Part shown: piece after piece, positions 37,930 through 48,158 of the stretch
How positions within the stretch are numbered: position 1 is the first letter of the stretch
Layout of the letters: each line of letters opens with the position of its first letter
IMG/VR virus record: IMGVR_UViG_3300028634_000502
Location: 37,231 to 101,230 of that record
From: a virus
Taxonomy: Duplodnaviria > Caudoviricetes
Length of the DNA stretch: 64,000 bases
Reading direction: 5' to 3' (one strand)
Position numbers and translations under genes: made by a program
The notes under the pieces: model-generated
Database searches by the model: none
What the model saw: only the letters and a program-made list of their open reading frames with translations
Told to the model about the DNA's origin: nothing

Positions 37930-38106
37930 TTATTCCTCGCCGGTCAGGATGAAATAGACATATTCCTTACGCTTCTCCTCGAGGTACACGACCAGCTCAT
38001 AGAAGCCCCTGTCGTTTGCGATACGCTGCACCGCCACCACATCAAACATATTCGTCAGCCCCGTGTCGCGAATAGCCAGGATCTGCTTACGCACTTTATC
38101 TGTCAT
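37930..38106 (-). CDS. DUF5049-like protein
   Basis: QILAIRDTGLTNMFD. Confidence 0.75.
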   Translation of the reverse strand: MTDKVRKQILAIRDTGLTNMFDVVAVQRIANDRGFYELVVYLEEKRKEYVYFILTGEE

Positions 38107-38332
38107 CGTCGCACCTCCGGCAAAGGTCCTCACCATAAACCACATTCAGTCCACTACCGTTGTCCCAGTTAACCATCACGGAGCCAGTGTCGTCAACGCC
38201 AATCACAGTGCCTTTCGTGCCAAGGGGCGGAGCCTGCACATCATCCATACGAAGAAGCTCTACGCGGCAACCAACCGGAAACTGGCGGCGAATGCGCTCG
38301 ACGATTTCTTTCGAAGGGAAATTATTCTTCAT
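38096..38332 (-). CDS. DUF4314-like protein
   Basis: P.G.RVEL..MDD...P.GT.GTV..VDD.G. Confidence 0.8.
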   Translation of the reverse strand: MKNNFPSKEIVERIRRQFPVGCRVELLRMDDVQAPPLGTKGTVIGVDDTGSVMVNWDNGSGLNVVYGEDLCRRCDDDR

Positions 38333-39239
38333 CCTCAGTTCCTCCCAATGTTGCTTTGACCTCTGCGTGTTCATCGGAGCCTGATTTTGCTTGATCAAGC
38401 TCCTCCTGTGAAATGCTATTTTTCTGTCCAGTTTTGAAAGCCGAGCTGCCTGAGAGATTCTGTAGGAGGATTTTACGCACATCTTTATATTCATCTCCGA
38501 TAAATCCAAGTCGCAATAGAAAGCACCTGAAAGCGTACTTCTCATTGTCCGTTTCCTTTTCCTTTGCTGTCACGCGCTTCTGCCTTTTAGCTGCTGCACA
38601 AAGAGCACCAATGAAGCGTGAATAGGCTGCTACCTTATTGCCTTCAGCAGGAAACTTAAACCAAGGAAATTTGAGTGTGGTTTCGGTTCGTTCGATATGA
38701 AGATCCTCTACACCGAGTGCCTTTTTAATCAGTTCCGCTTTGCTGGCAATCATCTTTTCAAGATTATTGAGTCCTTCCTCGGTCATGAATGCAAGCGGCA
38801 TTTCAATGGCTAGTTGGTCTGGCATCGTTGATTCAGTCGCATCACTCTTTAGGTCCTCGAAGCCAAGAACCTCATCTAGTTGTCTTTGCATGGCGTCGGT
38901 AATGGGCATATCGGGATTAGCATACTGTCCGGGGTGGTGCTGGTCAATGTCTGGAATCTCATCAACTGCCCCCATTCCGCCAAGCCCACTCTCATAGGTA
39001 TCAGGTTCATCGTACGCGCGACTTTCGCCTTCTGCGTCAAAGCCAACTTGATGGAGCGAATCCTCTAGGTCGAGGTTGTCGGGACCTGTAAGTGTTCCGG
39101 TCTTGTCGACGTGGTAAGCGCCGATCTCATAGACGAAGGTTGGTGCTCCGAGGTATTTGGTCGGGGTATTCAGCGCTGCGCTGATAGCTCCAACCAGTGA
39201 CTTACGCTCGCTGCCTGTAACATTGTAGTTGAGTTTCAT
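38322..39239 (-). CDS. Phage 'virulence-related' hypothetical protein
   Basis: RK.LV.AIS...Y.GAPTF and NEKYAFRCFLLRLGFIG motifs. Confidence 0.75.
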   Translation of the reverse strand: MKLNYNVTGSERKSLVGAISAALNTPTKYLGAPTFVYEIGAYHVDKTGTLTGPDNLDLEDSLHQVGFDAEGESRAYDEPDTYESGLGGMGAVDEIPDIDQHHPGQYANPDMPITDAMQRQLDEVLGFEDLKSDATESTMPDQLAIEMPLAFMTEEGLNNLEKMIASKAELIKKALGVEDLHIERTETTLKFPWFKFPAEGNKVAAYSRFIGALCAAAKRQKRVTAKEKETDNEKYAFRCFLLRLGFIGDEYKDVRKILLQNLSGSSAFKTGQKNSISQEELDQAKSGSDEHAEVKATLGGTEDEE

Positions 39240-39361
39240 TTTTTCAAACCACCTTTCTTTTTTCGGTATTACATTCATCACTCTAAACCGATTAAATAGC
39301 AACGATTTTATGTGATTTTTGTAGAGATTCTGTACCGAATATTCGGTGGTTTAACTTGAGG

Positions 39362-40594
39362 CTATTTATCAACACTCACATCCGCAAAGGAGTAAAGCAG
39401 ACCTTCACGCTGGACAGAAACCTTGTCAGCCGTGCCGACCTGTTCGATGTAACGCTTGACGATAACATCGCAGAATTTCTCATCGAGCTCGATGGTATAA
39501 CAGGAGCGGTCAGACTGTTCGCAGGCGATAAGCGTTGAACCGCTGCCACCAAAGGGATCGAGGACCAGCGTGTTGCTCATGCTGCTATTCATAATCGGGT
39601 ATGCCAGAAGCGGAACCGGCTTCATGGTCGGGTGATCGCCGTTTTTCTTAGGCTTATCGAACTCCCAGATGGTGGTCTCCTTGCGACCGGTATACCACTG
39701 ATGCTTTCCGGTTTTCTTCCAACCGTAGAGCACAGGCTCGTGCTGCCATTGGTATGGAGAGCGCCCCAGCACCAGTGACTGCTTCTTCCAGATGCAGCAA
39801 CCGGACAAATAAAAACCGGCATCCACAAAGGCTCTCCTGAAATTCAGTCCTTCGGTGTCGGCGTGGAAAACATAGATGCTGGCGTCATTCGCCATGACGG
39901 ATGCGGTGTTTGTAAAAGCATCGAACAGGAAGTTGTAGAAGGCATCATTTCCCATATTGTCGTTCTTGATTTTTCCGGCACTGCCTTCGTAGTTGACGTT
40001 GTAAGGCGGGTCCGTGATCACGAGGTTTGCTTTAGCTCCGGCCATCAGCAGGTCAAGGGTCTCCGCCTTAGTACTGTCGCCGCAGACCAGCCGGTGCCGA
40101 CCGAGCGCCCAGAGGTCACCGAGCTTGGTGATCGGCGGTTCCTTTAGCTCTGCTTCCACATCGAAATCATCATCGTGGATGCCGTCTTTGATACTGTCCT
40201 TGAAGAGGTCATCTAGTTCGGCGGGGTCAAAGCCTGTGAGTGACACGTCGAAGTCAGCGCCCTGTAAATCTGCTATGAGCAGTGCTAGCTTTTCCTTATC
40301 CCATTCGCCGGAAATCTTGTTCAGCGCGATGTTGAGTGCCTTTTCCTTTTCGGCATCCATCTCAACCACCACACACTCGACTTCGGTGATGCCCATATCG
40401 ATGAGCACCTTCAATCGTTGATGCCCACCTACAACACGGCCTGTCACCTTATTCCAGATGACCGGCTCGACATATCCGAATTGTTCAATGGAGCGCTTCA
40501 GCTTATCGTATTCAGCATCGCCAGGCTTCAGGTCCTTGCGGGGATTATAATCCGCAGGTAGAAGCTCGGCGGTATTCTTTTTCTCAATCAACAT
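39362..40594 (-). CDS. ParB-N domain plus N6/N4 DNA methyltransferase
   Basis: YNPR...GGHQR ParB; TDPPY, HPTMKP, DPFGGSGST. Confidence 0.92.
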   Translation of the reverse strand: MLIEKKNTAELLPADYNPRKDLKPGDAEYDKLKRSIEQFGYVEPVIWNKVTGRVVGGHQRLKVLIDMGITEVECVVVEMDAEKEKALNIALNKISGEWDKEKLALLIADLQGADFDVSLTGFDPAELDDLFKDSIKDGIHDDDFDVEAELKEPPITKLGDLWALGRHRLVCGDSTKAETLDLLMAGAKANLVITDPPYNVNYEGSAGKIKNDNMGNDAFYNFLFDAFTNTASVMANDASIYVFHADTEGLNFRRAFVDAGFYLSGCCIWKKQSLVLGRSPYQWQHEPVLYGWKKTGKHQWYTGRKETTIWEFDKPKKNGDHPTMKPVPLLAYPIMNSSMSNTLVLDPFGGSGSTLIACEQSDRSCYTIELDEKFCDVIVKRYIEQVGTADKVSVQREGLLYSFADVSVDK

Positions 40595-41747
40595 ATTTCT
40601 TTACCGCCTCCCGTAGTTCTTTATACCGGTCCAGCCATTCCCAGCGAGAGAGTGTCCCGCTGAAATGTCCGTAAGTTGCTGTATCTGCATAGATGGCGTC
40701 ATGCAAACTCAATGCTTCGATGATCGCTGCTGGACGCAGGCTAAACACATCAAGTACTGCTTTTCTGAGTACGTCATCAGGGACAGTCCCGGTGCCGAAG
40801 GTGTCAATCTCAACTGCAACGGGGTCAGCCTTACCGATAGCATAGGAGATGGCCACCTGACAGCGTTTGGCATAATCACACCAGACGATGTTCTTTGCGA
40901 TGGCCCTTGCCATGTAGGCACCGGAGCGGTCAACCTTTGTTGGGTCTTTACCGGAGAACGCGCCGCCGCCATGAGCAGCAAGGCCGCCATAGCTATCGAC
41001 CATAATCTTTCGACCGGTCAAACCGGTGTCAGCAGCAGGCCCACCCTCGACAAAACGACCGGAAGGATTGACGAGAATTTCAGTGTCATCATCAAATGGA
41101 AATTTCTCAAACACCGGCCACAGCACTTGGGAGATGATCTCACTACGGAGAACCTCCAAATCCTTGTCAGCACGGTGCTGCACAGAAACAATAATCGTTT
41201 TAATGCGCTTGGGCTTGTCATCCTCATATTCAACCGTGACCTGGGCTTTTCCATCGGGACCGATGCCTTTGATGACGCCATTCTTCATAGTGCTATCGAG
41301 CTTCCGGCAAATGGCATGAGCGAATACGAGAGGAAGCGGTAGCTTCTCAACCGTTTCATCTGTGGCGTAACCATAAACGGTGCCTTGGTCGCCAGCGCCA
41401 AGCATGGAATACCAGGAGGTATCTCCAGCGCGGGACTCCATAGCCCGATCCACGCCACCGGAGATGTCCTTACTTTGCTGGTGGACAAACACAAACACCA
41501 TAAACTTCCACGGGCTGTAGCCGACGTCCTCAAGGACTCTGCGGACCACCCAGCGGATGTCCACCTTCTTCGAGCAGGTGATTTCGCCCGCTACGATGAT
41601 TTTGCCTTTGGTAGCCATGACCTCGCAGGCCACACGGGAAGATTTATCTTTGCGAAGACACGCATCGAGAATGCTGTCAGCAATCAGGTCGCAGAGTTTA
41701 TCCGGGTGACCCTTACAGACACTTTCAGAGGTTTTGTATTTTTCCAT
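40584..41747 (-). CDS. metK: S-adenosylmethionine synthetase
   Basis: ESV..GHPDK, GAGDQG, GGGAFSGKD. Confidence 0.95.
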   Translation of the reverse strand: MEKYKTSESVCKGHPDKLCDLIADSILDACLRKDKSSRVACEVMATKGKIIVAGEITCSKKVDIRWVVRRVLEDVGYSPWKFMVFVFVHQQSKDISGGVDRAMESRAGDTSWYSMLGAGDQGTVYGYATDETVEKLPLPLVFAHAICRKLDSTMKNGVIKGIGPDGKAQVTVEYEDDKPKRIKTIIVSVQHRADKDLEVLRSEIISQVLWPVFEKFPFDDDTEILVNPSGRFVEGGPAADTGLTGRKIMVDSYGGLAAHGGGAFSGKDPTKVDRSGAYMARAIAKNIVWCDYAKRCQVAISYAIGKADPVAVEIDTFGTGTVPDDVLRKAVLDVFSLRPAAIIEALSLHDAIYADTATYGHFSGTLSRWEWLDRYKELREAVKKYVD

Positions 41748-41748
41748 A

Positions 41749-42300
41749 TCATTTTCCTTTCCGGGCGGTTAAGAGCCGCTCCATCACATCGTCCTGCGGA
41801 TTCGCACCGCTGTATTCGCCGGTACAGTTTTCTTTTACGATCTGAAAAATCTCCATCCACAGCCGGTTTGTCTGGTTCATATAGTTCTGGCCCATCGCCA
41901 CATAGGGGCTTTGGATGGCATTTCCCGTTGTTGGATGCTTCGCCAGAAAGCCGTATTCTGTGACTGCTTCCTCGCACTGAATCCATCGGGCTACGCTCAT
42001 GGCATATCGCTCCAAAAGCTGTGGCGACACAAGCACTGCACAGCCGCGCTCGTTCAGCCACGTCCATGTTGATTTATATATTTCGCTCGCGACGAGTGCC
42101 TTCCCGTCCTTCTGTATCGCTTCGAGCATCTTTGCTGGTTCCGGCATCACTTGACCGTTAAGGTCTGCCGTATCGGTAAACTCCATCACGGTCAGTTTTC
42201 TGCCGCCGGGATTACCTTCGGCAATTTTGTCGGCTAATGGCTTCTTTTTCGCGCCCGCGCCGACACGAGCGCCGCCACGATTGGTACCGTCTTTTGCCAA
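41749..42300 (-). CDS. terS: Terminase small subunit (P27-like)
   Basis: DGTNRGG.R.GAG, GNPG.R, SPYV; TTG start after AAGGAGGT. Confidence 0.82.
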   Translation of the reverse strand: MAKDGTNRGGARVGAGAKKKPLADKIAEGNPGGRKLTVMEFTDTADLNGQVMPEPAKMLEAIQKDGKALVASEIYKSTWTWLNERGCAVLVSPQLLERYAMSVARWIQCEEAVTEYGFLAKHPTTGNAIQSPYVAMGQNYMNQTNRLWMEIFQIVKENCTGEYSGANPQDDVMERLLTARKGK

Positions 42301-42394
42301 ACAGCACACCTCCTTATTGGGCGAGGGCTATACCCCCGTTTGAATATGCGTTTTTCAACACGAAGCCCCACGCCGCTGTCCGCTTGAATGGGTT

Positions 42395-42763
42395 TTAGAG
42401 ATTTGACCTCCCCCACCGGTCACCGCTCTCGGCAGTGATACTGGAGTGGCAGGACTTGCACAGAGCCATGAGATTGCTCGTTTCGTTGCCCCCGCCACGG
42501 GAGAGCGGACGGATGTGGTGTACCTCTACTGCAGGTGTTAGTCTGCCTTGCTTCTGGCACTCCTCGCACAGAGGATGCGACTTGATGAATCTGTCACGGA
42601 TCCTCTTCCAGGAACGGCCGTAGCGTTTACTCGATGCGGGATCTCGTTCGTACTGGTTGTAGTGTTTGTCCATAGCTTTCTTATGCTCGTCGCAGTATTG
42701 CTCGTGTTCAGCAAGCAGACCGCAGCCGGGGTAAGCACAGGGACGTTTGGGTTTGTAGGGCAT
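42395..42763 (-). CDS. Terminase-associated HNH endonuclease
   Basis: CEEC, VHHI, N..LCKSCH. Confidence 0.92.
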   Translation of the reverse strand: MPYKPKRPCAYPGCGLLAEHEQYCDEHKKAMDKHYNQYERDPASSKRYGRSWKRIRDRFIKSHPLCEECQKQGRLTPAVEVHHIRPLSRGGGNETSNLMALCKSCHSSITAESGDRWGRSNL

Positions 42764-42873
42764 TGGTTCACATCCTTTCAGGCATAAGAAAAACCACCGC
42801 AGATTTCTCCAGGGTGGCCTTCAGTATTCTATTTCTCTATTGTAATGGTATCAAAAGAAGCTATGAACATCTA

Positions 42874-43302
42874 CTAACATATCCTATCATCTTTTCTTGC
42901 GGGTATAGAAATCGTTGCTAGAGCCTTGTCCCTTATACGATAGATATGCTGAATACTGTAATCCATATCAACGGCGATCTGCTCCCAAGTCTCAAAGCAA
43001 AGGTAACGTTTCTCAAGCAATGTTTGGTATTCCGTGTTGTCCACTGTTTTTATGACCGCTACGATTTCACGCTTGAGGTCAACGAGGTGGTCGATATCAC
43101 GGTTTATTTCCGCCTGCAGGTCGATGATTTTCCCAATGGCATCCGCCATAGTGGAGGTTGCACGATTGGGGTTTTTCGGCATGCCTGTAAGGGTAGATGT
43201 CGCTTTGGTGGCAAGGTCGTTCAGCGAAGACACTTGCCCCAGCTTGCTGTTTATGCGTTGGTCAAGGCGGTAAGCCTGCCCGAGATAATCTTTTACCGTC
43301 AT
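42874..43302 (-). CDS. DUF1492/RinA-like late transcription activator
   Basis: LLEKRY...WEQIAVDMDYS HTH at the end of the early region. Confidence 0.75.
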   Translation of the reverse strand: MTVKDYLGQAYRLDQRINSKLGQVSSLNDLATKATSTLTGMPKNPNRATSTMADAIGKIIDLQAEINRDIDHLVDLKREIVAVIKTVDNTEYQTLLEKRYLCFETWEQIAVDMDYSIQHIYRIRDKALATISIPARKDDRIC

Positions 43303-43520
43303 CGTATGACCTCCTCGTTGAGTTTTTTTATAAGCATTTCCGGTTCAACTGCAGTAAGCGATGCGTACCATTCGGAGCGGAAGAACCGCTCAACCTCAAG
43401 TTTCGTATATAAGGCCGAATCATTGCGAGGGTGTTTCTCCAGTCTTTTCAGGGCAAATCGGTAATTCTTGACCGCCTGCAATACAATGGCATTTGCCAGT
43501 TTTTCATAACCATCTATCAT
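43299..43520 (-). CDS. Hypothetical phage protein
   Basis: LANAIV.QAV, ERFF.S.W. Confidence 0.75.
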   Translation of the reverse strand: MIDGYEKLANAIVLQAVKNYRFALKRLEKHPRNDSALYTKLEVERFFRSEWYASLTAVEPEMLIKKLNEEVIR

Positions 43521-44878
43521 ACAGCCTCCCTCGCCTTCCTTAAGTTCACTTTGACCGCATTGATGAGGTCGGACTGCGTTTTTTCCTTTCGTTTCAAAGC
43601 GCTCATGACATCCTCGTCAATCGTTTCTTTTGCAACGATGTGGTGGATGACCACCGTTTCATTCTGGCCTTGCCTCCAAAGCCTCGCGTTCGTCTGCTGA
43701 TAGAGTTCGAGACTCCAGGTAAATCCAAACCATATCAAGGTAGATCCTCCGCTTTGCAAGTTCAGGCCATGCCCGGCTGACGCCGGATGGATGACCGCCA
43801 CAGGAATTTCTCCGTTGTTCCAGTCCTTAATATCCTTGGAGGTCTTGATTTCAGAAACTTTGAATCTTGCTTTGATGCGCTCCAGATCATGATTGAACCA
43901 GTATGCAATAAGGACAGGCTTTCCGTTTGCTCCTTCGATCAAATCCTCAAGTGCATCCAGCTTGCGGTCATGTATGAAATGGGTATTTTTATCTTGATCA
44001 TAGATAGCGCCGTTTGCCATCTGAAGGAGCTTGCCTGAAAGGACGGCTGCGTTCATGGCATCAATCTCCTCTTCTGCAAGTTCAAGAACCATTTTCTCTC
44101 GAAAGCTCTCGTAAACAGACAGCTCTTTTTCGCTTAGATACACAGGCACTTCATTGATCACGCATTCTGGCATTTTCAGAAAATCAATCGACTTCATGGA
44201 AATCGTAATATCGGAAATGAGCCTGTATATCGTATGTTCCGCGCTTGGCAGTGGCTTATATGAAAACACCATCTGCTGATTGCGTTTATCTGGAGTAAAG
44301 AAGGAACTGCGATAGTGGGTTATATACCTGCCCAGTCTTACACCCATATCCAGGATACGAAACTCCGCCCACAAATCCATCAAGCCGTTGCTGGACGGCG
44401 TTCCGGTTAGGCCCACGATTCGTTTTGCCTGAGGCCGAACTTTAAGCAGGCTTTTGAACCTTTTTGCCCCATAGGACTTAAAAGACGAGAGTTCATCAAT
44501 GACCACCATTTCAAAATCAAAGGCGATACCGCTTTTGTTTATCAGCCAATCCACATTTTCCCTGTTTATCAGATAAACGCTTGCAGGTTTTCGTAATGCT
44601 GTCAATCGATCCTGCTCAGTACCGATCGCCACGGAAAACTCCAGGCCTTTTAAGTGATCCCACTTGTTTATTTCAGCCGGCCAGGTATCCCTTGCTACCC
44701 TGAGCGGGGCAATGACCAGAACCTTGCCTATCTCAAAGCTGTCCAGGCATAAATCGAAGATAGCCGTTAACGTGATCACACTCTTGCCAAGACCCATCTC
44801 CAAAAATACTGCAGCGGTGGGATGCTCTAATATAAAGTTCGTCGCATAGGTCTGATATTTATGAGCATTGTATTTCAT
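43517..44878 (-). CDS. SNF2-like helicase
   Basis: MGLGKS, IDELS, LTGTP, GLNLQ, ARL.RQGQ. Confidence 0.92.
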   Translation of the reverse strand: MKYNAHKYQTYATNFILEHPTAAVFLEMGLGKSVITLTAIFDLCLDSFEIGKVLVIAPLRVARDTWPAEINKWDHLKGLEFSVAIGTEQDRLTALRKPASVYLINRENVDWLINKSGIAFDFEMVVIDELSSFKSYGAKRFKSLLKVRPQAKRIVGLTGTPSSNGLMDLWAEFRILDMGVRLGRYITHYRSSFFTPDKRNQQMVFSYKPLPSAEHTIYRLISDITISMKSIDFLKMPECVINEVPVYLSEKELSVYESFREKMVLELAEEEIDAMNAAVLSGKLLQMANGAIYDQDKNTHFIHDRKLDALEDLIEGANGKPVLIAYWFNHDLERIKARFKVSEIKTSKDIKDWNNGEIPVAVIHPASAGHGLNLQSGGSTLIWFGFTWSLELYQQTNARLWRQGQNETVVIHHIVAKETIDEDVMSALKRKEKTQSDLINAVKVNLRKAREAV

Positions 44879-45140
44879 CGAGTATCCCTCCAATCTGAGC
44901 ATCTGTGTCAATTACGTAGCATTCAAAACCAAGCTTCCGTAATTGCTTTATCCTTCTAATCTGAAGCGGCCGCGGTTTCTTTCCCGGAGCTTTTAGTTCC
45001 GCAAATGCGATTTTCCCATTTGGCAAAAGCACCAGGCGGTCCGGCATCCCATCCAAGCCTGGACTTACGAACTTTGCCGCAATGCCTCCCATCTTTTTCA
45101 CCGCTGCCACCAATTTCTTTTCAATATGTTTTTCTAGCAT
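44859..45140 (-). CDS. VRR-NUC nuclease
   Basis: E..IE, G.PDR, ELKAP. Confidence 0.9.
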   Translation of the reverse strand: MLEKHIEKKLVAAVKKMGGIAAKFVSPGLDGMPDRLVLLPNGKIAFAELKAPGKKPRPLQIRRIKQLRKLGFECYVIDTDAQIGGILDEIQCS

Positions 45141-45357
45141 AAACGCCTCCTATATTAAGACTCGGAACAAGAAGACAACTAAAACCAATTTTTCCTATAC
45201 GCGCGCATAAGTGTGTATGCACAGGCTGCAATTCCTCTTTTTTGTTATTTATAAGCCTATAGGTTAAATCTTGTTCCACTTGTTCCTTACCGCTGATTTT
45301 TCTTTATTTGCAGGCTTTCCCGCAAGAACAGGCATAGGAACAAAGCATGGAACAACT

Positions 45358-47724
45358 TCAGCTTTGTTCCTCCTCCCGGGAATAAGCGCGCTGCTTCCCG
45401 TAGACAGGAAAGGTCACAACCCCATTCTTGTTCCCGGTGTACTTGTTCCAATCGCCGATCTTTCTCATGATAGCGCCGATGGCATAGGAGTCGGATGTTT
45501 TCATGGAAGAGGCGTCCTTTCCAAAACACTCGCTCCAAATCTCCATGTTGCAGACAAGGGTTCTTTTTACCGTTCCAACACGGACGCCTCCGCCAAATTC
45601 GCTGCCGCCGAGGAAATTTCTACGCTCGTACAAAGACATGGTGGCCCAATCCTCCGGCATAAGCATGTCTAAATATGTGCGGACCAGTCCTTCACGCTCA
45701 TCGGTTTCCATGGCATCAGCCTGCTCGCCGATTGCAAGGGAGACATCATCGCCTTCAAGGTAGAGTTTTTCGCCCTTCTCATAAAGCATCAATGTTTCTG
45801 CCCAAATCTGCTTAACTTCCTCTTTTGTAATCTGCCAGGCTTTGTCCTTACCATTGCCGCTGATCCGTACTGGCCAGAACCTGCGGTTTCCTGTTATGTC
45901 TCGTAGGAAACCGCTCTCTGCATTGGTGGAACCCACAATGACGCACTGGCGGGGATGGCTTTCTACGTTGACTCCATAGCTTGCACGATACTTGTCATCA
46001 GACCTTGATATGAATGACTTTACAACTTCCACGTCCGTCTTACGCATTCCGGCAAGTTCCCCAAGTTCGAGCATCCAATATCCCTGCAGCTTTTCAGGAC
46101 CGGCTTTGTCCTTCATGTCCGTAATGGTCAAACTATCTGAGAACCAGTCGCCGGCAAGTTTCGCAAAGAAGGTGGACTTGCCGATGCCTTGTGGTCCGTT
46201 TAAGATAAGGACGCTGTCAAACTTCGTACCGGGTCTATAAATGCGGGCTACCGCCGCTACCATCGTTTTGCGAATGACTGCTTTTGTATAGGAATTATCC
46301 GCTGCTCCGAAATAATCAATGAGAAGATTTTCAACGCGGCTTATGCCGTCCCATTTTGGCAGCGAGTTGAGATACTCTTTAATCGGGTGGTATGCTCTTT
46401 CCGAAGCTACCGCAAGCACGGCGTCCTTGGTCTTAGTGGGAGAATACACACCATAAATGCTGCTTAAGTACACCTTTAAAAGCGCGTTGTCCGCGTCATT
46501 CCAGCCGCCTTTGATCTGCTCCCAGGGCAAGCCGCCTTTGGAGTCAATGCCGTCGCGATGGCAGTTGAATGCAATGTGCCGAAGCTCTTTATCCTGCCTT
46601 AAAATGAGAACGATGTTATCCAGGGTATCCTTCACCCGTCCCTGCTTATCCAGTTCCAATCCGGTCTGCCAATCATCCCCTCCAAACTCCTCCTCGGCCT
46701 GTTCCAGCCTTTCCTTCGCAAACTCCGCTTTCACAGTTTCATCTTTAATGGCAAGCTCGCACATTGCCGCAAAAGACGGCATCTTGCCCGAAGCCGCATC
46801 CATGGCCACCTTATCATCGAGAGAACCGAATTTATGGATCCTAACAAGGTCAAATGCGTTGAGGAGCATACCGCTTGCCGGGTCGGTGGCATGATGGCTG
46901 TATGCGAATTTATCATCATAAATGATCAGACCTGCGCTGCTGTCAGCCGGGATATAGTCATACCTCCCTTCCATAGCAGATGGAGCATAGACTGCACTGA
47001 GGAATTTCTCAATCGCCTCACGAACCGAGTAAGCACGGCAGAATGTTCCCACCATGCCCTCTTTAGAAAGCGGGTCAGCCTGTTCCTTCAAATTGCGATG
47101 AATGACTTCCGATTGGCGGGTGGATACCGGCCAGGTGCTGGTATCGTGCCAGTTATCGTATTTGGCAAGGTATACATCCGGGTCAAGCAGATTGCCCTCG
47201 TTTTCCTCATAGACAAATACTCCGTTTGAGGATGTGGACGGCCAATACATAAGACGGTGGGCCTCATATGTCGTATCATCGAAAAGGTCAATGCCGACTT
47301 CCTTTGCCACCATACGACCGACGGCCGCATATTCCTCTTCGCTTATTTCACGGGCAAGGGGAATGATCAGGCGCAGCCTCGGGTGTTCCGGCGTATGCTT
47401 GTGCGTGGAGTACATACAGCATTTGAAATCAAAAAGCAAGGTGATCTGATCCCAGATATCCGGTGTGCCGTAATCCATATCAAGTGTAAGTAAGGAACGG
47501 CATAGGACATTGCCTTTCTTTCGTCTGCCCTCATTCAGATGCCCTCCGACAAATCCGCCCACATCCTTGATATCATCCTGCTGGCCTCTTTTCAGTTTGC
47601 GGTGTTCTTCCATAGTTTCAGTGGTGCGCTGCGTAGTCTTCACTCGGGAGCAGAAAGCCTCCCAAGAAATATCACGGTTTTTCCATTTTCTATCCTTGCG
47701 GCTGTTGCCGACTGCGATTTTCAT
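45358..47724 (-). CDS. VirE/VapE-family primase-helicase
   Basis: N-terminal primase-like (LDMD, STHKH, PRLR); GPQGIGKST; TGNRRFWP. Confidence 0.9.
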   Translation of the reverse strand: MKIAVGNSRKDRKWKNRDISWEAFCSRVKTTQRTTETMEEHRKLKRGQQDDIKDVGGFVGGHLNEGRRKKGNVLCRSLLTLDMDYGTPDIWDQITLLFDFKCCMYSTHKHTPEHPRLRLIIPLAREISEEEYAAVGRMVAKEVGIDLFDDTTYEAHRLMYWPSTSSNGVFVYEENEGNLLDPDVYLAKYDNWHDTSTWPVSTRQSEVIHRNLKEQADPLSKEGMVGTFCRAYSVREAIEKFLSAVYAPSAMEGRYDYIPADSSAGLIIYDDKFAYSHHATDPASGMLLNAFDLVRIHKFGSLDDKVAMDAASGKMPSFAAMCELAIKDETVKAEFAKERLEQAEEEFGGDDWQTGLELDKQGRVKDTLDNIVLILRQDKELRHIAFNCHRDGIDSKGGLPWEQIKGGWNDADNALLKVYLSSIYGVYSPTKTKDAVLAVASERAYHPIKEYLNSLPKWDGISRVENLLIDYFGAADNSYTKAVIRKTMVAAVARIYRPGTKFDSVLILNGPQGIGKSTFFAKLAGDWFSDSLTITDMKDKAGPEKLQGYWMLELGELAGMRKTDVEVVKSFISRSDDKYRASYGVNVESHPRQCVIVGSTNAESGFLRDITGNRRFWPVRISGNGKDKAWQITKEEVKQIWAETLMLYEKGEKLYLEGDDVSLAIGEQADAMETDEREGLVRTYLDMLMPEDWATMSLYERRNFLGGSEFGGGVRVGTVKRTLVCNMEIWSECFGKDASSMKTSDSYAIGAIMRKIGDWNKYTGNKNGVVTFPVYGKQRAYSREEEQS

Positions 47725-48158
47725 AGACCTTCGACCTCCTCAAACCCTGCGTTGAAATATCTGACCGTCTGTTTGCGTTTCCCGGCTTTTTCAATCTCAG
47801 TTGCCATACCGCTTGAGATGGTGTTGCCAAGCACCCAGACCTCGGTGCATTTGCCCATCAGCACGATATCCATAAACATAGCAAGTTCCCTTTCCTTTGG
47901 GTTTGACTCATCCATAAATTGAGGAAACATAAGGTGCGGTGCAATGGGGATATAGTTTTGCTCCAAGGCAAACCTGCAGAAGGCACGGGCCTTATTCACA
48001 TTCTCATCCACATCGCCGGAATACGGGGAACAGATATACACAAGAGGTTTGAAGGCGGATGTCTTCTCCGCCTTCTCCTTTTTCATAATGTTGGTCAGCG
48101 CTTCATAGGGAGTCGGGTCATAGTATCCTTCGGAATTGTATTTGTTGATTCCCATCAA
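47721..48158 (-). CDS. DUF4406/nucleoside deoxyribosyltransferase-like protein
   Basis: YICSPY.G, APHL, S.GM..EI. Confidence 0.7.
   Translation of the reverse strand: MMGINKYNSEGYYDPTPYEALTNIMKKEKAEKTSAFKPLVYICSPYSGDVDENVNKARAFCRFALEQNYIPIAPHLMFPQFMDESNPKERELAMFMDIVLMGKCTEVWVLGNTISSGMATEIEKAGKRKQTVRYFNAGFEEVEGL

Noticed and set aside
42310-42420. cos site between HNH and terS
   Set aside because: The position is plausible for an HNH/cos phage, but no specific cohesive-end sequence can be identified by eye.
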